The notes under the pieces were generated by a model. The model saw only the letters and a list, made by a program, of their open reading frames with translations. It searched no databases and was not told the origin of the DNA. A DNA stretch of 64,000 bases, from positions 5,810 to 69,809 of the IMG/VR virus record IMGVR_UViG_3300009183_000083; one strand, 5' to 3'. Of the stretch, positions 28,405 through 40,100 are shown one piece after another (position 1 is the stretch's first letter; the number at the start of each line of letters is the position of its first letter). This stretch comes from a virus. Position numbers and translations under genes: made by a program.

Positions 28405-28992
28405 ATGATTCCTATTCCCAGAAACAAACCACAAGCATCTTTGTCGGTTGTTATGGATTCTGCTAAACAAGAATGGAACAAATTTAACGAAGAAGATTTG
28501 TTCCCTGAAACTTTTGTGTTAGCTGTCCGAGGGTATTTTTCTAAAACTATTGGTGAAGTTGGAAATGACATCAATGTTTATGATGATGCTCATTTTATTG
28601 TTTCTCCACTTGGTATTAGTGCATGGAACTCCAACGTTGATCCAACTCGTTATGGTTGGAACGCAAAAGCGGGGAAGTACATGGCTCGCCTTTCGGTAGG
28701 TTGTTGGAAATTTCAAAGTCTTATTCATCGCGGAAAATATCAAGCTTTTGGACAAGGAGACAATTTGGTAAAAGTAGACAGGGTTAGAGCTGATGAAAGC
28801 GTTGCGCGTGTTGAGACAGGGCTATTTGGAATCAATGATCATCTTGGAGGCGTGAATGGAACCTCCTCAGAAGGCTGTATGACGCATCCTCCTCAGCAAT
28901 GGAATGGTTACCGTAAGAAGTTAAATGAAGTCCTTGCTTTAGCCAGCCTAAAACAGTTTGACTTTATTTTGGTTGAAGGACCAATAAATTGA
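28405..28992 (+). CDS. putative endolysin, YkuD/L,D-peptidase-like
   Basis: FGINDH.GG..GTSSEGC His/Cys motif, adjacent to holins. Confidence 0.6.
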   Translation: MIPIPRNKPQASLSVVMDSAKQEWNKFNEEDLFPETFVLAVRGYFSKTIGEVGNDINVYDDAHFIVSPLGISAWNSNVDPTRYGWNAKAGKYMARLSVGCWKFQSLIHRGKYQAFGQGDNLVKVDRVRADESVARVETGLFGINDHLGGVNGTSSEGCMTHPPQQWNGYRKKLNEVLALASLKQFDFILVEGPIN

Positions 28993-29015
28993 CATCTGAT
29001 TAAAATTAATTATTA

Positions 29016-30896
29016 TTGTTTAATATGGCAACTCGCTCAGATCAACCGCTTAATCAACCTCGGATTGTTGAGGTTTTAGATCCAGGAACAGGCACTTACA
29101 CGGTGATGGTGCTAATGCCAACTCACCTTGCCTCAAAGTATCCAGACAAGCCGTGGGGTACAGGGATCGAGTCTATTGGGTTGTCAGCAAAAGACGCAAA
29201 TCAATTCCCCGGATATGTATTGGTGGATTTTGAGCCAATAAAAGGATCTCCTGATTTGTTTTGGGTTTTTCAGAATTTGACTAATGCTCCTTCATGGACA
29301 ACTAAAAGCACAGGACAAGAAAGTTTAATTCCTCAAAAATACAGAAAACAAATCACTACTGTCCGTACTAAAAAAGAAGTTGTTCCATCAACATTGCCAC
29401 TTGCAATTACTGGTGATCTTACGTCTTCGATAGTAGAGCAGCAAGATAACACAGGTAAAGCTATTCAGGTTAATACAACTGAAGTAATTCAGGAAAATAC
29501 AAGTGTTCTTGAGGGAGAAGAATACGGAGCGCTAGTTACACAAACAGTCGAAGAGCTAATTGTTGTAGACGGAACGGATGCAGATTCTGGATTAAATGTA
29601 ATTTCATCTACTGTCAGCCCTTTGGGCAATGGTAAATCAATTAAGCAAACTAAAAAAATTAAGGGTGTTGCATGGCCTGATCCTATTGACAAAGAGGTTT
29701 CAAAAGATGCAGCTGGAATGCCACCACTTCGTTATCGGAAAAACTTAACCCAGACAACAACAACTCGAAAGATTGCGACAAGTGCCATTCCGACTACCCC
29801 GGCACTTATAAACAAAGAGGTAGCCAAGTCGTACAAAAAAGAAACGCCTGATCGCGCTGAAGAAACCTTAGTTGTTCAAGATTTTGTGTTGAACGCAACA
29901 TCCGTAGATGAGGCTGTTGAGCAGAAACCTTTTGTTAAAATTGTTTCTACTATGACACCCGGACCTACTGCCGTTGTTCCGTTAACGGGTAACGGTTCTG
30001 CTAAGTTAGTATGGGAAGGGCCAGATTCAAACATCTATGAGAATATTGCAGAGGTGGCAACTATTAAGGCAGGTCTTAAAGGCGTAGACACAGACGCTCG
30101 TGAATGGGGCAGTTTAATAACTACCACTAATTACACTAGTTCTTCTTCTGCTCCATCAGGTGGTTCTACTCAGTTAATTTATAATGATGGCGCAATTAGC
30201 ATTTATGAAGCAGCTACTTCAGCTGTGTCACTTCTTTCTGGATCTTTTACCTCAGCCGAAAAGACCACTCCAATTTACAAGATTAGTGAAACTACGAGTT
30301 TTTCATCTAGTGCAACTGCTACTGGAACAAACAATAAAACTAGATTAGTATTTTCACTAGGATCACAAAGAGTATTTGAAAACACAACTACTGTTGTTAG
30401 TGCAAATTTAACAAAAGTTTATTATTCGGTAATCAATGCTCAAAAACCAAGTGTACTAACTTCTGTTTCAATAGAACCTATGGGAAGAAAAGCAGATTCA
30501 GATGGAAACCCGCGACGTGACAAAGTTTGTGTCAGAGCTATTATTGAAGAAGGTTACAGTGGTTTATTTCCAGCTAAGATTACAGAGTATTTCACAACAG
30601 ACCCTTCTGCCGCAGATACTTTTGTACCTTTAATTTTTAAAACTAAAAGAATTGATTATGATGGTATTAATTATCAAGTTTCAATTGGTGAGACGCTGCA
30701 TAGTGCAATTGTTTTTAATGACTTAATAGGAACTAACGATCCTGAATATGATTATGGATCTCTTTCTTTAGGATTTCGGACTTTTGAAGCCACTGTCCCT
30801 AATACTGTTCCAACAGGATGGCAAAATTACGCAATTCAAATTGATCCATTTGAAGATGGATACATTGTTAAAGAGATTCAAATTAAATATTTGTAA
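29016..30896 (+). CDS. tail structural protein
   Basis: 626 aa, T/S/V-rich, in the tail block. Confidence 0.6.
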   Translation: MFNMATRSDQPLNQPRIVEVLDPGTGTYTVMVLMPTHLASKYPDKPWGTGIESIGLSAKDANQFPGYVLVDFEPIKGSPDLFWVFQNLTNAPSWTTKSTGQESLIPQKYRKQITTVRTKKEVVPSTLPLAITGDLTSSIVEQQDNTGKAIQVNTTEVIQENTSVLEGEEYGALVTQTVEELIVVDGTDADSGLNVISSTVSPLGNGKSIKQTKKIKGVAWPDPIDKEVSKDAAGMPPLRYRKNLTQTTTTRKIATSAIPTTPALINKEVAKSYKKETPDRAEETLVVQDFVLNATSVDEAVEQKPFVKIVSTMTPGPTAVVPLTGNGSAKLVWEGPDSNIYENIAEVATIKAGLKGVDTDAREWGSLITTTNYTSSSSAPSGGSTQLIYNDGAISIYEAATSAVSLLSGSFTSAEKTTPIYKISETTSFSSSATATGTNNKTRLVFSLGSQRVFENTTTVVSANLTKVYYSVINAQKPSVLTSVSIEPMGRKADSDGNPRRDKVCVRAIIEEGYSGLFPAKITEYFTTDPSAADTFVPLIFKTKRIDYDGINYQVSIGETLHSAIVFNDLIGTNDPEYDYGSLSLGFRTFEATVPNTVPTGWQNYAIQIDPFEDGYIVKEIQIKYL

Positions 30897-31516
30897 TGGG
30901 AGACAAAGTAAATGATGCTGCTACTTCTGGTGCTGGAAGAGGAAAAGCAATTAAACGTGATTCTTCGGACAATCGTCCAGTTAATCCAGCTGCTACTCTT
31001 GGAGCTGGAAGAGGCTATGTGCCAGTAAGGATTGGAGTTCATGCAACACCAGAGCGGCGCAGAAATAACGACACTAAAGTAGAAATTACTTTAACTCCAG
31101 ATCCTGTAACAGTAAGTGGTGGTGGTGGCTGCAATGGATTTGAACTCACAGCGGGAGGCACTCCTGCCGACCTTAAAGTAAATGTTTCCTCTGCCTTGAT
31201 AGCAGGTCAAGAACCAAGTGGGTTCACAGCAGGGTCTAAAGAGTTTTCCGTTTCTTCTTCTGGGGTGATATACGCCCAAATAACGGTCAACAGCACTACT
31301 GGAGCGATTACTGGAAGAGCCTTGAATTATGGATCAAGCACCCCTGCTAATACCGCTACAGTTTTCTACGAACAGATCGGTACTTACACCGTGACAGGCA
31401 TTGGCGATGCGCGAGCTGTCAGTGTTGCAAATTCCCGTTGCGGATCTGTATACGTCAACATCTGCCGAAACTGGTATGCAGCAACAGCACCTTTCTTTGG
31501 TGTTTCATTTTCATGA
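30896..31516 (+). CDS. tail-associated protein
   Basis: 206 aa, translationally coupled to the upstream gene. Confidence 0.6.
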   Translation: MGDKVNDAATSGAGRGKAIKRDSSDNRPVNPAATLGAGRGYVPVRIGVHATPERRRNNDTKVEITLTPDPVTVSGGGGCNGFELTAGGTPADLKVNVSSALIAGQEPSGFTAGSKEFSVSSSGVIYAQITVNSTTGAITGRALNYGSSTPANTATVFYEQIGTYTVTGIGDARAVSVANSRCGSVYVNICRNWYAATAPFFGVSFS

Positions 31517-31519
31517 ATT

Positions 31520-32620
31520 ATGGCCGATTCTAATAGTGCTTGTGATTGTTGCAATCAACCGCCGTGTCCTACTCCAACTTTGGAGTTTATTTCGGTCAGT
31601 GCAAACTGCGAAACTACATGCGCGACTGGGGAAATTGAGTGGAATTTACAGGGGAAAATCCAAACAACAACAATCACTCTTGTCGATGGCGAGTGCAAAA
31701 TTGAGGAATCTTGTTCTGGAAGCAGAAGTATTACCTATGATAGTTCTGGGAGTACTGGGGGGAGTACCGCAGGAGAGGGGACTTGTTCAGGTTCGGACAC
31801 CTTCACGGAAACCACGTCCTTTGATGATGATTGCGAAGGCACAATTATATGTTCGGGCAGTGGTAACTACACCACTACTACCTATAGTGGAAGCGGTGTA
31901 AGTAATACACAGGTGGTCGCATGGACGATCAATGCCGATTGCAGTACGACTTACTCAGACGGAGAGGGGTATGCTATTTGCCCAACCAGTACTGTAGTAA
32001 CACAAAGTCCACCAGCAGGAACCGCCTCCACTGTAACATCGTCGTTGGTTAAATTGGAATGCACATTGCCGCCCTACCCCGCCTATCCAGCATTCTTTAA
32101 CTCTTGGGAATCTCCTCCCGCATTATTGTTAGGACAAGGTCGCTTCCCCACAGCGAAAAGAGATTGGAACGCATTCGTCGCAAGAGTCCCGATTGACCCT
32201 ACCCTGAACGGTGGAGACTCTATTGACGGAGTTCAGGTGGATGCGGGTTCGACGAAGATGGAGCGAAAAATCAAATATCGAATCTGCCATTGGCCTTCTG
32301 GCACTTGCTATCTCAAAGTTTGGATTTCTACTATTTTTACACCCTTGGATGGAACTCCAGAAGCGCCAGTCATTACCAGCTACACTTGGACAGGCACCGG
32401 AAACCCATGTCTTACTGTTCCCAATGATCCAGTTAATGCCGACTCGCAAAAAATCAACAGTTCAACCACTGAAGTTTTACCCCCTGCGACTAATGGTACG
32501 AAGGAAGTCACCATTCTTAAATGGTCTTGCGTCAATGGCTACGAACCAGACGTTTCAGACCCCGACAACAAACAAAATAACGGATTCCCTGACCCAATTT
32601 GGGAAGCATCACCACCATGA
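31520..32620 (+). CDS. Cys-rich tail tip or receptor-associated protein
   Basis: CDCC N-terminus and many Cys, Thr and Ser residues. Confidence 0.6.
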   Translation: MADSNSACDCCNQPPCPTPTLEFISVSANCETTCATGEIEWNLQGKIQTTTITLVDGECKIEESCSGSRSITYDSSGSTGGSTAGEGTCSGSDTFTETTSFDDDCEGTIICSGSGNYTTTTYSGSGVSNTQVVAWTINADCSTTYSDGEGYAICPTSTVVTQSPPAGTASTVTSSLVKLECTLPPYPAYPAFFNSWESPPALLLGQGRFPTAKRDWNAFVARVPIDPTLNGGDSIDGVQVDAGSTKMERKIKYRICHWPSGTCYLKVWISTIFTPLDGTPEAPVITSYTWTGTGNPCLTVPNDPVNADSQKINSSTTEVLPPATNGTKEVTILKWSCVNGYEPDVSDPDNKQNNGFPDPIWEASPP

Positions 32621-32922
32621 AAATTCAAATAAACGAAATTTACAAAATGGCAGCGGAAAGACCAGAAGGTTACGCCGCACATGTTATCTCTGAAGGTGAA
32701 ATTGTCGGCGATTACCTTGAGATTTCCAGCGAGTCTCTGGCAAAGCTACGAGCCATTTACCGTCCCACGAAACCAGCACTGAAAGGATTAGGAGACGTAG
32801 TAGCCGCTGTAGCGCAGCCGATAGCTAAAGTTATTGACGTTGTATCTGGAACAAACGTAGCTGGATGTGGCGGTTGCGCTAAAAGACAGGCTGCGTTAAA
32901 CGCGGCATTTCCTTTTAAATAA
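32617..32922 (+). CDS. small Cys-motif protein (GLGD.V...CGGC.KRQ..LN)
   Basis: conserved-looking phage motif; ATGA-coupled start MKIQ. Confidence 0.65.
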   Translation: MKIQINEIYKMAAERPEGYAAHVISEGEIVGDYLEISSESLAKLRAIYRPTKPALKGLGDVVAAVAQPIAKVIDVVSGTNVAGCGGCAKRQAALNAAFPFK

Positions 32923-32979
32923 TTAAATTGTGTCTAGTCTTGCATATTTTCTAAAAATCAATAACATCTCTAAAACATT

Positions 32980-33636
32980 ATGTCAAAACTGATTACCTTT
33001 GCAGAAGCTATTGTTCGGTTTGGTCCGCTTGTTACGACAGGGATTGAGATTGAGGATGCAATCCAAGAAGCAGTTGATCGCATTTTTGAAATGGGTCGTT
33101 GGCCTGGAACTACACGAGAAGTAGAGCTTTTGCAGGCAGATTTTGTTGAAGATGCTGATTCTTTGGAATGGTATTACTTTTTTGACGAGACTATTTATGA
33201 TGGTGCAATTGGCTTTAGAAACATTACGCGCGGCTGGGCAATTGTTGATCAAACTTCTCTTTATAAAGATGGCATTAATATGGGGGATAGGGAGTGGGTT
33301 GATCTTGGAACAATCACAGTGGATGGTGTGGACTTTAGAAAGTATCGCGCCCCTCTAGGGTTTGTTCCATCCACTGGTCCTTATTACGCCCTGATGAAGC
33401 TTGAAGCTCCTAGCCTAAGCATGGACGACTTGATTCCAGTTCAAAGCGTAGCAGCACTTAAATGCGCGATTTTGGCTGTCTCCTCAGAATATGCGGGAGA
33501 CACGGAGAAAGCAACGAATCAATGGCAGTTATTTGATCAATTTATTAAACTTGGTGAACGTCAAGTTTCTGGTCCAAAACGATATTCAATTGGAATGGAT
33601 TCTAGCTTAAGGCGTAAACCTCGTCAATTTAACTAA
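32980..33636 (+). CDS. head-tail adaptor (tail tubular A-like)
   Basis: I..AI.EAV.RI...G.W N-terminus; size and position. Confidence 0.55.
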   Translation: MSKLITFAEAIVRFGPLVTTGIEIEDAIQEAVDRIFEMGRWPGTTREVELLQADFVEDADSLEWYYFFDETIYDGAIGFRNITRGWAIVDQTSLYKDGINMGDREWVDLGTITVDGVDFRKYRAPLGFVPSTGPYYALMKLEAPSLSMDDLIPVQSVAALKCAILAVSSEYAGDTEKATNQWQLFDQFIKLGERQVSGPKRYSIGMDSSLRRKPRQFN

Positions 33637-33654
33637 CTTTACCTAAATAAAATC

Positions 33655-35733
33655 ATGGCCCTTAAATACAGTATGGCTCCCCCGTCTGAAGGAGAAAGAG
33701 CTGCAAAAAGAGAACGCACTACAAATAATCGTATTGATCGTAATTTGCAACGTGCAATGCGAAGTGGATCTCCAGCAGCACGACTTGAAGCGGGGAAATT
33801 GTATCAACAGCGCTCAAATACCCCGGGTTATCAGCAAGGTGGAGGGATTGGTAGTGCAGAAGGGAATAGGGAAAGAGATCGGATAACTGCAGAAAATTAT
33901 ACAAAGGAAGGATTGCAGCTCAAAAACAATACAAATCAAAATGTTAATCCCGGAACTGCCCAAGATGCAAATGCCATTGAGCAAAAGAATCCTGCAAATC
34001 CAGCAGGAAGACCGTTGCAAAGATCAGAAAGAGCAGCTGGACAAACTCAAGAAGATTTTGTCAATGAGCGGGCTGGCCCTGTTTATAAGGAAAACGCTGT
34101 AGGGCCAGTTGACGTAACAGAGCCACGAGACCCTCGCATTACTGCTGGCAATCAGGTTACGCCATATACAAACACTCCAACTCCTCAAGGTGGAATGTCT
34201 CCAAAAGACTTTGCAACAGATGCGCTCAAAGGTCCTAATATTTATGAAAAAGGCGTAAAACCAGATGATATTGCTAAAGGTCTTGCTGCAACACAAGGTG
34301 TTGGGAATGCAAGTAATCCTATAAAAACAACTGCTGCGCCTCAAGAAGCGCCAGCAAATACAACAACTACGCCACAAGTAGCGTCAACCGACACTATGGC
34401 AGATCGAGGTAATTCAAAAATTGCTGGATATCAAAAAGCAACTGCTGATGCTAAAACAAAATTTGCTGATGATTTAAAAAAATACGGAACATCAGGAAAA
34501 AGATCTCCAGAAAAAGACGCTCAAATTCGTGAGTATGGTAAAACGCTTAATCTTAACGAAGATCAAATTAACGCAGCAATGCGAGGAGATACAAAATTAG
34601 ATGCTAAGTCAGCGGCTGCATCTGCTTCAGCATACGAAAAAAACGCAGCAAATAAAGCTGCAAATACTCCGGAAGCAAGAAACAAAAGGTCTACTGATGA
34701 GTTTAGCAAGGCTTACGGCAACTATCTTAATGGAGAAGGTAAAGGGGCTTCCGAAAAAGAAAGAGCAGCTAAATACAACGAGTTAAAAGGCAAGGCAACA
34801 AAAGATGGATTTGTTGTCACTAAAGAAGCTGAAGATAAAGTATTTGAAGATCGTTTTAATGCAAGAGTTGAAAGAGCTGTGAAATCAGGCATGTCTCGCG
34901 AAGACGCTATATCAGAAACTTCTAGAAGAGATAACTCTACACAAGAAGTTCTTGATTTAATTCCTGGAGCAAAAAGAGATGTTCAAGCAGCTATTGATCT
35001 TGCCGACATGATGACAGGTTCCAAAGAAGATGCCCTTGGTGATTATAAGGCAAAAGCTGATTCGTTGAGGAAAAAGCGTGGAGCTCCTGCTATTTCAGAC
35101 GCTCAGCGTCAAATTGTTACCGAAGGAAACAATAACATTCAAAGAGAAAACGATCCAACTCTTCAGTCTACTGGTAACCCTTTATATGATGATTTAATTA
35201 ACAAACCAATAAAAGAAGACTTAACCGATGGATCAATCAAAGACGATCCAACTGGATCAATTGAAGATCCATATAAAAACTCTAAATCTTCTCAACCAAA
35301 GATTGATGTGCCACCCATTAATCCAAAAAATAAATCGAAAGAAAAAACGTTTATTGAAGCCGCTTTAAATGACGCTGGATCGGTTTATGATTTTGGAAGT
35401 GGCGTAACAAAACAAATAATTGATCAAGGTAAATATAACGCTATTGACGCAATTGGTCAAGCCCGCAAAGTTTGGGCTGGAGCTCAAGAAGTCGGCCCCT
35501 CAATGCTTACTCAGTTTTTGCCGGGAGATGTAGGTGAATGGTCAGAAAAAAAATCCAAGGAAAATTTTCAAAATCTTGGAAAACGTTCTCAAAAAATTGA
35601 TGCCTCAACAAAAAATCTAAAAGATGCTTTGGATTCACCGCAAGCTTCAGTAAACACAAAACAAAAGATTCAGAAATCTGCTGCAGAAGTTGTTTCTTAT
35701 TCTGATAATCTTAATAGATACCTTTTAGCCTGA
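33655..35733 (+). CDS. internal virion (ejection) protein
   Basis: 692 aa, low-complexity A/K/N/Q-rich; first of three large internal-type genes. Confidence 0.55.
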   Translation: MALKYSMAPPSEGERAAKRERTTNNRIDRNLQRAMRSGSPAARLEAGKLYQQRSNTPGYQQGGGIGSAEGNRERDRITAENYTKEGLQLKNNTNQNVNPGTAQDANAIEQKNPANPAGRPLQRSERAAGQTQEDFVNERAGPVYKENAVGPVDVTEPRDPRITAGNQVTPYTNTPTPQGGMSPKDFATDALKGPNIYEKGVKPDDIAKGLAATQGVGNASNPIKTTAAPQEAPANTTTTPQVASTDTMADRGNSKIAGYQKATADAKTKFADDLKKYGTSGKRSPEKDAQIREYGKTLNLNEDQINAAMRGDTKLDAKSAAASASAYEKNAANKAANTPEARNKRSTDEFSKAYGNYLNGEGKGASEKERAAKYNELKGKATKDGFVVTKEAEDKVFEDRFNARVERAVKSGMSREDAISETSRRDNSTQEVLDLIPGAKRDVQAAIDLADMMTGSKEDALGDYKAKADSLRKKRGAPAISDAQRQIVTEGNNNIQRENDPTLQSTGNPLYDDLINKPIKEDLTDGSIKDDPTGSIEDPYKNSKSSQPKIDVPPINPKNKSKEKTFIEAALNDAGSVYDFGSGVTKQIIDQGKYNAIDAIGQARKVWAGAQEVGPSMLTQFLPGDVGEWSEKKSKENFQNLGKRSQKIDASTKNLKDALDSPQASVNTKQKIQKSAAEVVSYSDNLNRYLLA

Positions 35734-35741
35734 CTAAAAAC

Positions 35742-37160
35742 ATGCCAAACTACCAATCTTACACAAACGATAGCGACACTCAGTTTGCCAATCAACTTGA
35801 CAACTATAAATTAGGGACAAGTCGTAGTGGTGGCAGTGATTATGATGAAGCTGTTGGAGCATTCAATACATTGCCTGAGAGCATGGCGGTTGGACAGATA
35901 ATGCAAATGCGTCAAGCGGCACAAAACAATAGTTTAAACACGCGCCGTGCAGTGGCTGAAGACAATGTGAAAACAACTGAAGCTAATGAATTTGCAGCAT
36001 TTAATGATAGTTATCAAAACCTAAACCTTGATCCAACTGATTACGAAGGAAATGCAAAAGCATTGGCTAAACTTCAAATACAAAATCCTAATAATAAATT
36101 AATTAAAGATGCGGCTGATAGCATTCGTGATGCATCACAGAAAATTTTAACTGGTCGCAAACAAAAAAATGATAGTCTGGATATGGATTATGATGAGGCA
36201 ACTCGTGAAATGCGCGAAGAAACTGATCGTTTAAATCGTCAAGCAAACCTTAAAAAAGCGCAAGTGTTGTATGAAACTGCATCTATGGCAGAAGACGAAA
36301 TAAATCCAGGTAGTGTAATGTCTAAGGTAACAGGCACTTTGGCAGAAAAACATCCAGAATTAATGGGAGCTGCAGCTTCATGGAATTCTCGTTATGGGAA
36401 TAATCCAGAACTGGCAGAGGAAACAAGAGGCATGGCTCGTTTATTAACTGGATTAGGCACGGCAGGTTATTTAGAAGACGCCAATAAATACCCAATGGAA
36501 AATATTGGAAAAGGGCTTAATTCATTAGCTCCAAAAATTAATTTTGATTATAATCAAACACCTGAAGAAATTGCTGCGTCTTATCAAGCCGCTGCAAGCT
36601 TATATGAGGATTCAGATCCAAGAGATATTGCTCTTGAAAAACTTATTGCTCAACATAAAACTATTCATAACGCTCAAGTTACTCGCAAGGGTTTAGAAAA
36701 AAGTATTACCGAGCTTCTTAGCCAGCAACCTAATATTATGGATGCACAAGCAAAAGCTGACTTTAAAGCTAGAATTGCGGATGTACAAACAAGAGCTGGA
36801 GTTATTACGGGTCAAGTTGAGAAAGACTACAAAGACAGGAAATCACAAGAAGACGCAATTACCAAAGAGCAGACAGAAAGAAAGCTTGAAATTCAAGAAG
36901 AGAGTCTTGGCATTAGAAGAGATACTGCTAATAGTACTATTGAAAGCAGAGAAGATAAAAGAATTCTTGACGCAAGAAAATTTAAAGAAAAACAAAAACT
37001 TGCAGAAGAGAAAAATGGTCTTGATGTTTACACACAACTTTCTAAAGACGAAAAATTCAAAAAACTTCCTGCTGAAGAGCAATATAAACTACTTAATGAT
37101 CAAATAAAATTAAAGGCTTCATCTATTCCTAGTTGGAACAGCGCTAATGATAATGAATAA
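35742..37160 (+). CDS. internal virion (ejection) protein
   Basis: 472 aa, helical coiled coil. Confidence 0.55.
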   Translation: MPNYQSYTNDSDTQFANQLDNYKLGTSRSGGSDYDEAVGAFNTLPESMAVGQIMQMRQAAQNNSLNTRRAVAEDNVKTTEANEFAAFNDSYQNLNLDPTDYEGNAKALAKLQIQNPNNKLIKDAADSIRDASQKILTGRKQKNDSLDMDYDEATREMREETDRLNRQANLKKAQVLYETASMAEDEINPGSVMSKVTGTLAEKHPELMGAAASWNSRYGNNPELAEETRGMARLLTGLGTAGYLEDANKYPMENIGKGLNSLAPKINFDYNQTPEEIAASYQAAASLYEDSDPRDIALEKLIAQHKTIHNAQVTRKGLEKSITELLSQQPNIMDAQAKADFKARIADVQTRAGVITGQVEKDYKDRKSQEDAITKEQTERKLEIQEESLGIRRDTANSTIESREDKRILDARKFKEKQKLAEEKNGLDVYTQLSKDEKFKKLPAEEQYKLLNDQIKLKASSIPSWNSANDNE

Positions 37161-37177
37161 TTTCAATTACTAAATTT

Positions 37178-40100
37178 ATGCTTATTGATAAATCAAGTTA
37201 TTCTTCGGATAACAAATTACCAGAAGAAGAAGAAGAAGTACATCCATTAGCCTCTGAACTTGGAAGGCATTATCTTTTATCAGAAGATTACGTATATGGT
37301 GACGATAAAAAACTTGTAGCCAATCAGGCTTTTATGCACTGGGCTTCTGATCAAGAAGCTGAAAAAAAAGGAACAGTTAAAGCAACTGGTTATGAAAAAA
37401 ACGATGCTGGTGTTTTAGAAAAGGTTGAAAAAGATTTTCCTATGTTTAATGGGGAAAGTTTGACTTCTAAAGGACAAGAAGAATACGAGAAGGTTAAAAG
37501 GTATTTTGATGACGCTGCTTCTATGCCAAATGGAGGAGTGTCTCGTAATCCAACAACTCGCAAGTGGGAAGTGGATAGTCGCCTTGAGTCTGTTTTTACA
37601 GAAAAACAAGAAAAGCGTCCTGATCCATTTAAGGACATGTCGGAGTTTATTGATGAACAACTTAAAGTTACTAAGGAAGGTGATAGTCCCGCTTACACTT
37701 ACGAAGACTTTACTAACTTTTCTAACGCTGTAGTAAAGAACGGCGAAGCTCACCTTGATCCAAATAACAAGGAAATGAAAGCTCGCTTTTTACAAGAAGT
37801 GAATCGTCGTACATTTGATTCTTCTTTAATGGATGAAGCTGAAATTGGTCAGAAAGTAGCTGGAGCTTATGTAATCAACCCTAAAAATTACAGTGAAGTA
37901 GACAAAGTTGAAAGTTGGATTGAGGGCTTAACAGATCTAAGTGCTTCTGATAAGAAGATGATGCTTATTGATTATCGTTCTAAAATTGAAGCAAATGTTG
38001 GTACTTTAGTTAATGATTTTGCCGCTGCTGATGCTGGAGTGATTGGCGGTATTTTTAGTTCTCCTCTTCGTGATGAGTTTAATGAATACATGAGCAAGCC
38101 AGGAGCTAGTGGTTATCAATTTCTTAAAGAGAACAAAGAGCGAATGAGCAAAGACTCATATGGCGTTACGTCTGAAATTGCTACTAAATTTCGAGACTCA
38201 GTAATGGCTACCGGAACTGGTTTTTTATGGGCGGCGAGCGCTGGCAACTACACCAGCCCTGCGGAAGCGTGGGGTGGCTTGGCCGAGGATTCGTCCAAAG
38301 CATATTCAAATGGCAAGGCGTTCGAACTTTTTGGAGTCGACATCAACCGCCGTGATTTAACCGAGCTAACCGGACAGGTCGGGTCGTTTATTGCAATGGG
38401 TGGAATGGGCGCTTTAGCAGGTAAAGGATTGACCGCAATTGGTGCTCAAGGAGCTTCACGTTATGCTGTTAATGAAGCCGGGATTTTGCTTTCTACTGTA
38501 GCTAAAACAGAAGCAGCCGCTGCTGCTGGCACTAGAACTTTTGGACAAAAAACTTTAGCCGGACTAAAAGCGGCTGGGACTGATCCAGAAATGTATCTTG
38601 GATCGCTTCAAGCTGCTGGAACGTCTTTTGGAAAAACTTTTAATTCAACACTTGAAGAAACAGGAAGTCGTGAAGAAGCACTTAAGGCAGCAAACATTGC
38701 TGCAATATCAGATGGTTTTTCAGCTTTTATTGCAACAGGTGTGATGAACCGTTTTGCTCCAGGCATGGGCAAAGTGCTAGGAATGGGAGATGGCGAAGTA
38801 GGTGGTGGTATTGTTCAAGCATTTAAAAATAAAGCTTTAGCTAAAGAGTCGATGGAGCAAGTCCAGACATTGCTTAACAACCTTGATGGAAAAATTGGAG
38901 AACCGCTTCGCAAGCAATTTGCTAATGACATTGGAAGTGTGATGGGTGCTTCTGCACGTTCTCTTGGTTTAAAAGGAATTGGTATTTTTGGAAATATGGG
39001 AGCTGAAGCAATTGAAGAAGCTTCAGATGAAATTATTTCTGATGTTATTAGTTCGATGCTTGATGATTCTAAAACTTGGAACGAAGAAGTTTGGCAAAAC
39101 ATTGGGACCAAGTGGAAAGAATATGTTAAGGCGGGGGTGCTTGGTGCAATTGGTGGAGCAATGGGTGATGCTACATCAACAGTACTTAGTCCAAAAGAAA
39201 CATTTGGAACTAGCGAGGGACTTAAACTTCAAACTCAAGAATGGGACAGAATTAAAACTAATGTAAAAAAGTTTGACTCTATGGAGAATTTTGTTTTCCC
39301 AGCTCCTATTCAAGATGCAAAGAATCTTGCTGAGTATATTGCAATGCCTGATGACAAAGTTTCAATAGAACAAAAGTCAGATGCGTTGTTAGCGGCAGTT
39401 CGTAATAAGACTTTATTTACAAGCATGGTTAACGCCAATGTGCCTGTAGCCGATCCTAGTAGTGTTCCTGAGCCAAGTGTCACAGTTGACGCTGAAGGCG
39501 CACCTATAGCTAGCGACGCAGCAAAACAAGCCACTTCAGCTAGTGTGTTTGCTACAGTTATGTCAAACTCAGGTTTAGTTTTACCTGAGGGTCGTGTTTG
39601 GCGTGATGACATTTCATTTGCCCCAACTGAAGGAAGTTCTCCACTAAGTATATCTAATAATGTTAAAATCACACCATTGTCTACTGTAGCTGATGGAGAC
39701 AGAACAGATCATGTTACTTATGTAGCGGCAAAAAAAGAAACAACAAATCCAAATGGATCAGTTACCACTGAGTATTTAAGCGCAAAAGAAGCTGCTGCTG
39801 AATTAGGAACAGCAATGTCTAGTCTCAGTTCAAAGAATAGAACTAAAGCAAATAATTTAGTTAACAACTTTCTCAGCAAATCAACTAATACTAACTATAA
39901 TGAACAATGGTCAACTGAAGTTCAAAAAGAACAAGGAGCTTCTTCTTCTGAACCTAATTTAACAACAGAATCTAAACTGTCATCAAGCATAGAAGGTGTA
40001 CCACTAGATGTTGGGTCGGAAGTAAAATGGGAAAGCTCAAATGGTAATGGTCCGCGCAGTGGTAAAATTATATCTATTGACGCAGCAAGTGGTATGGCTG

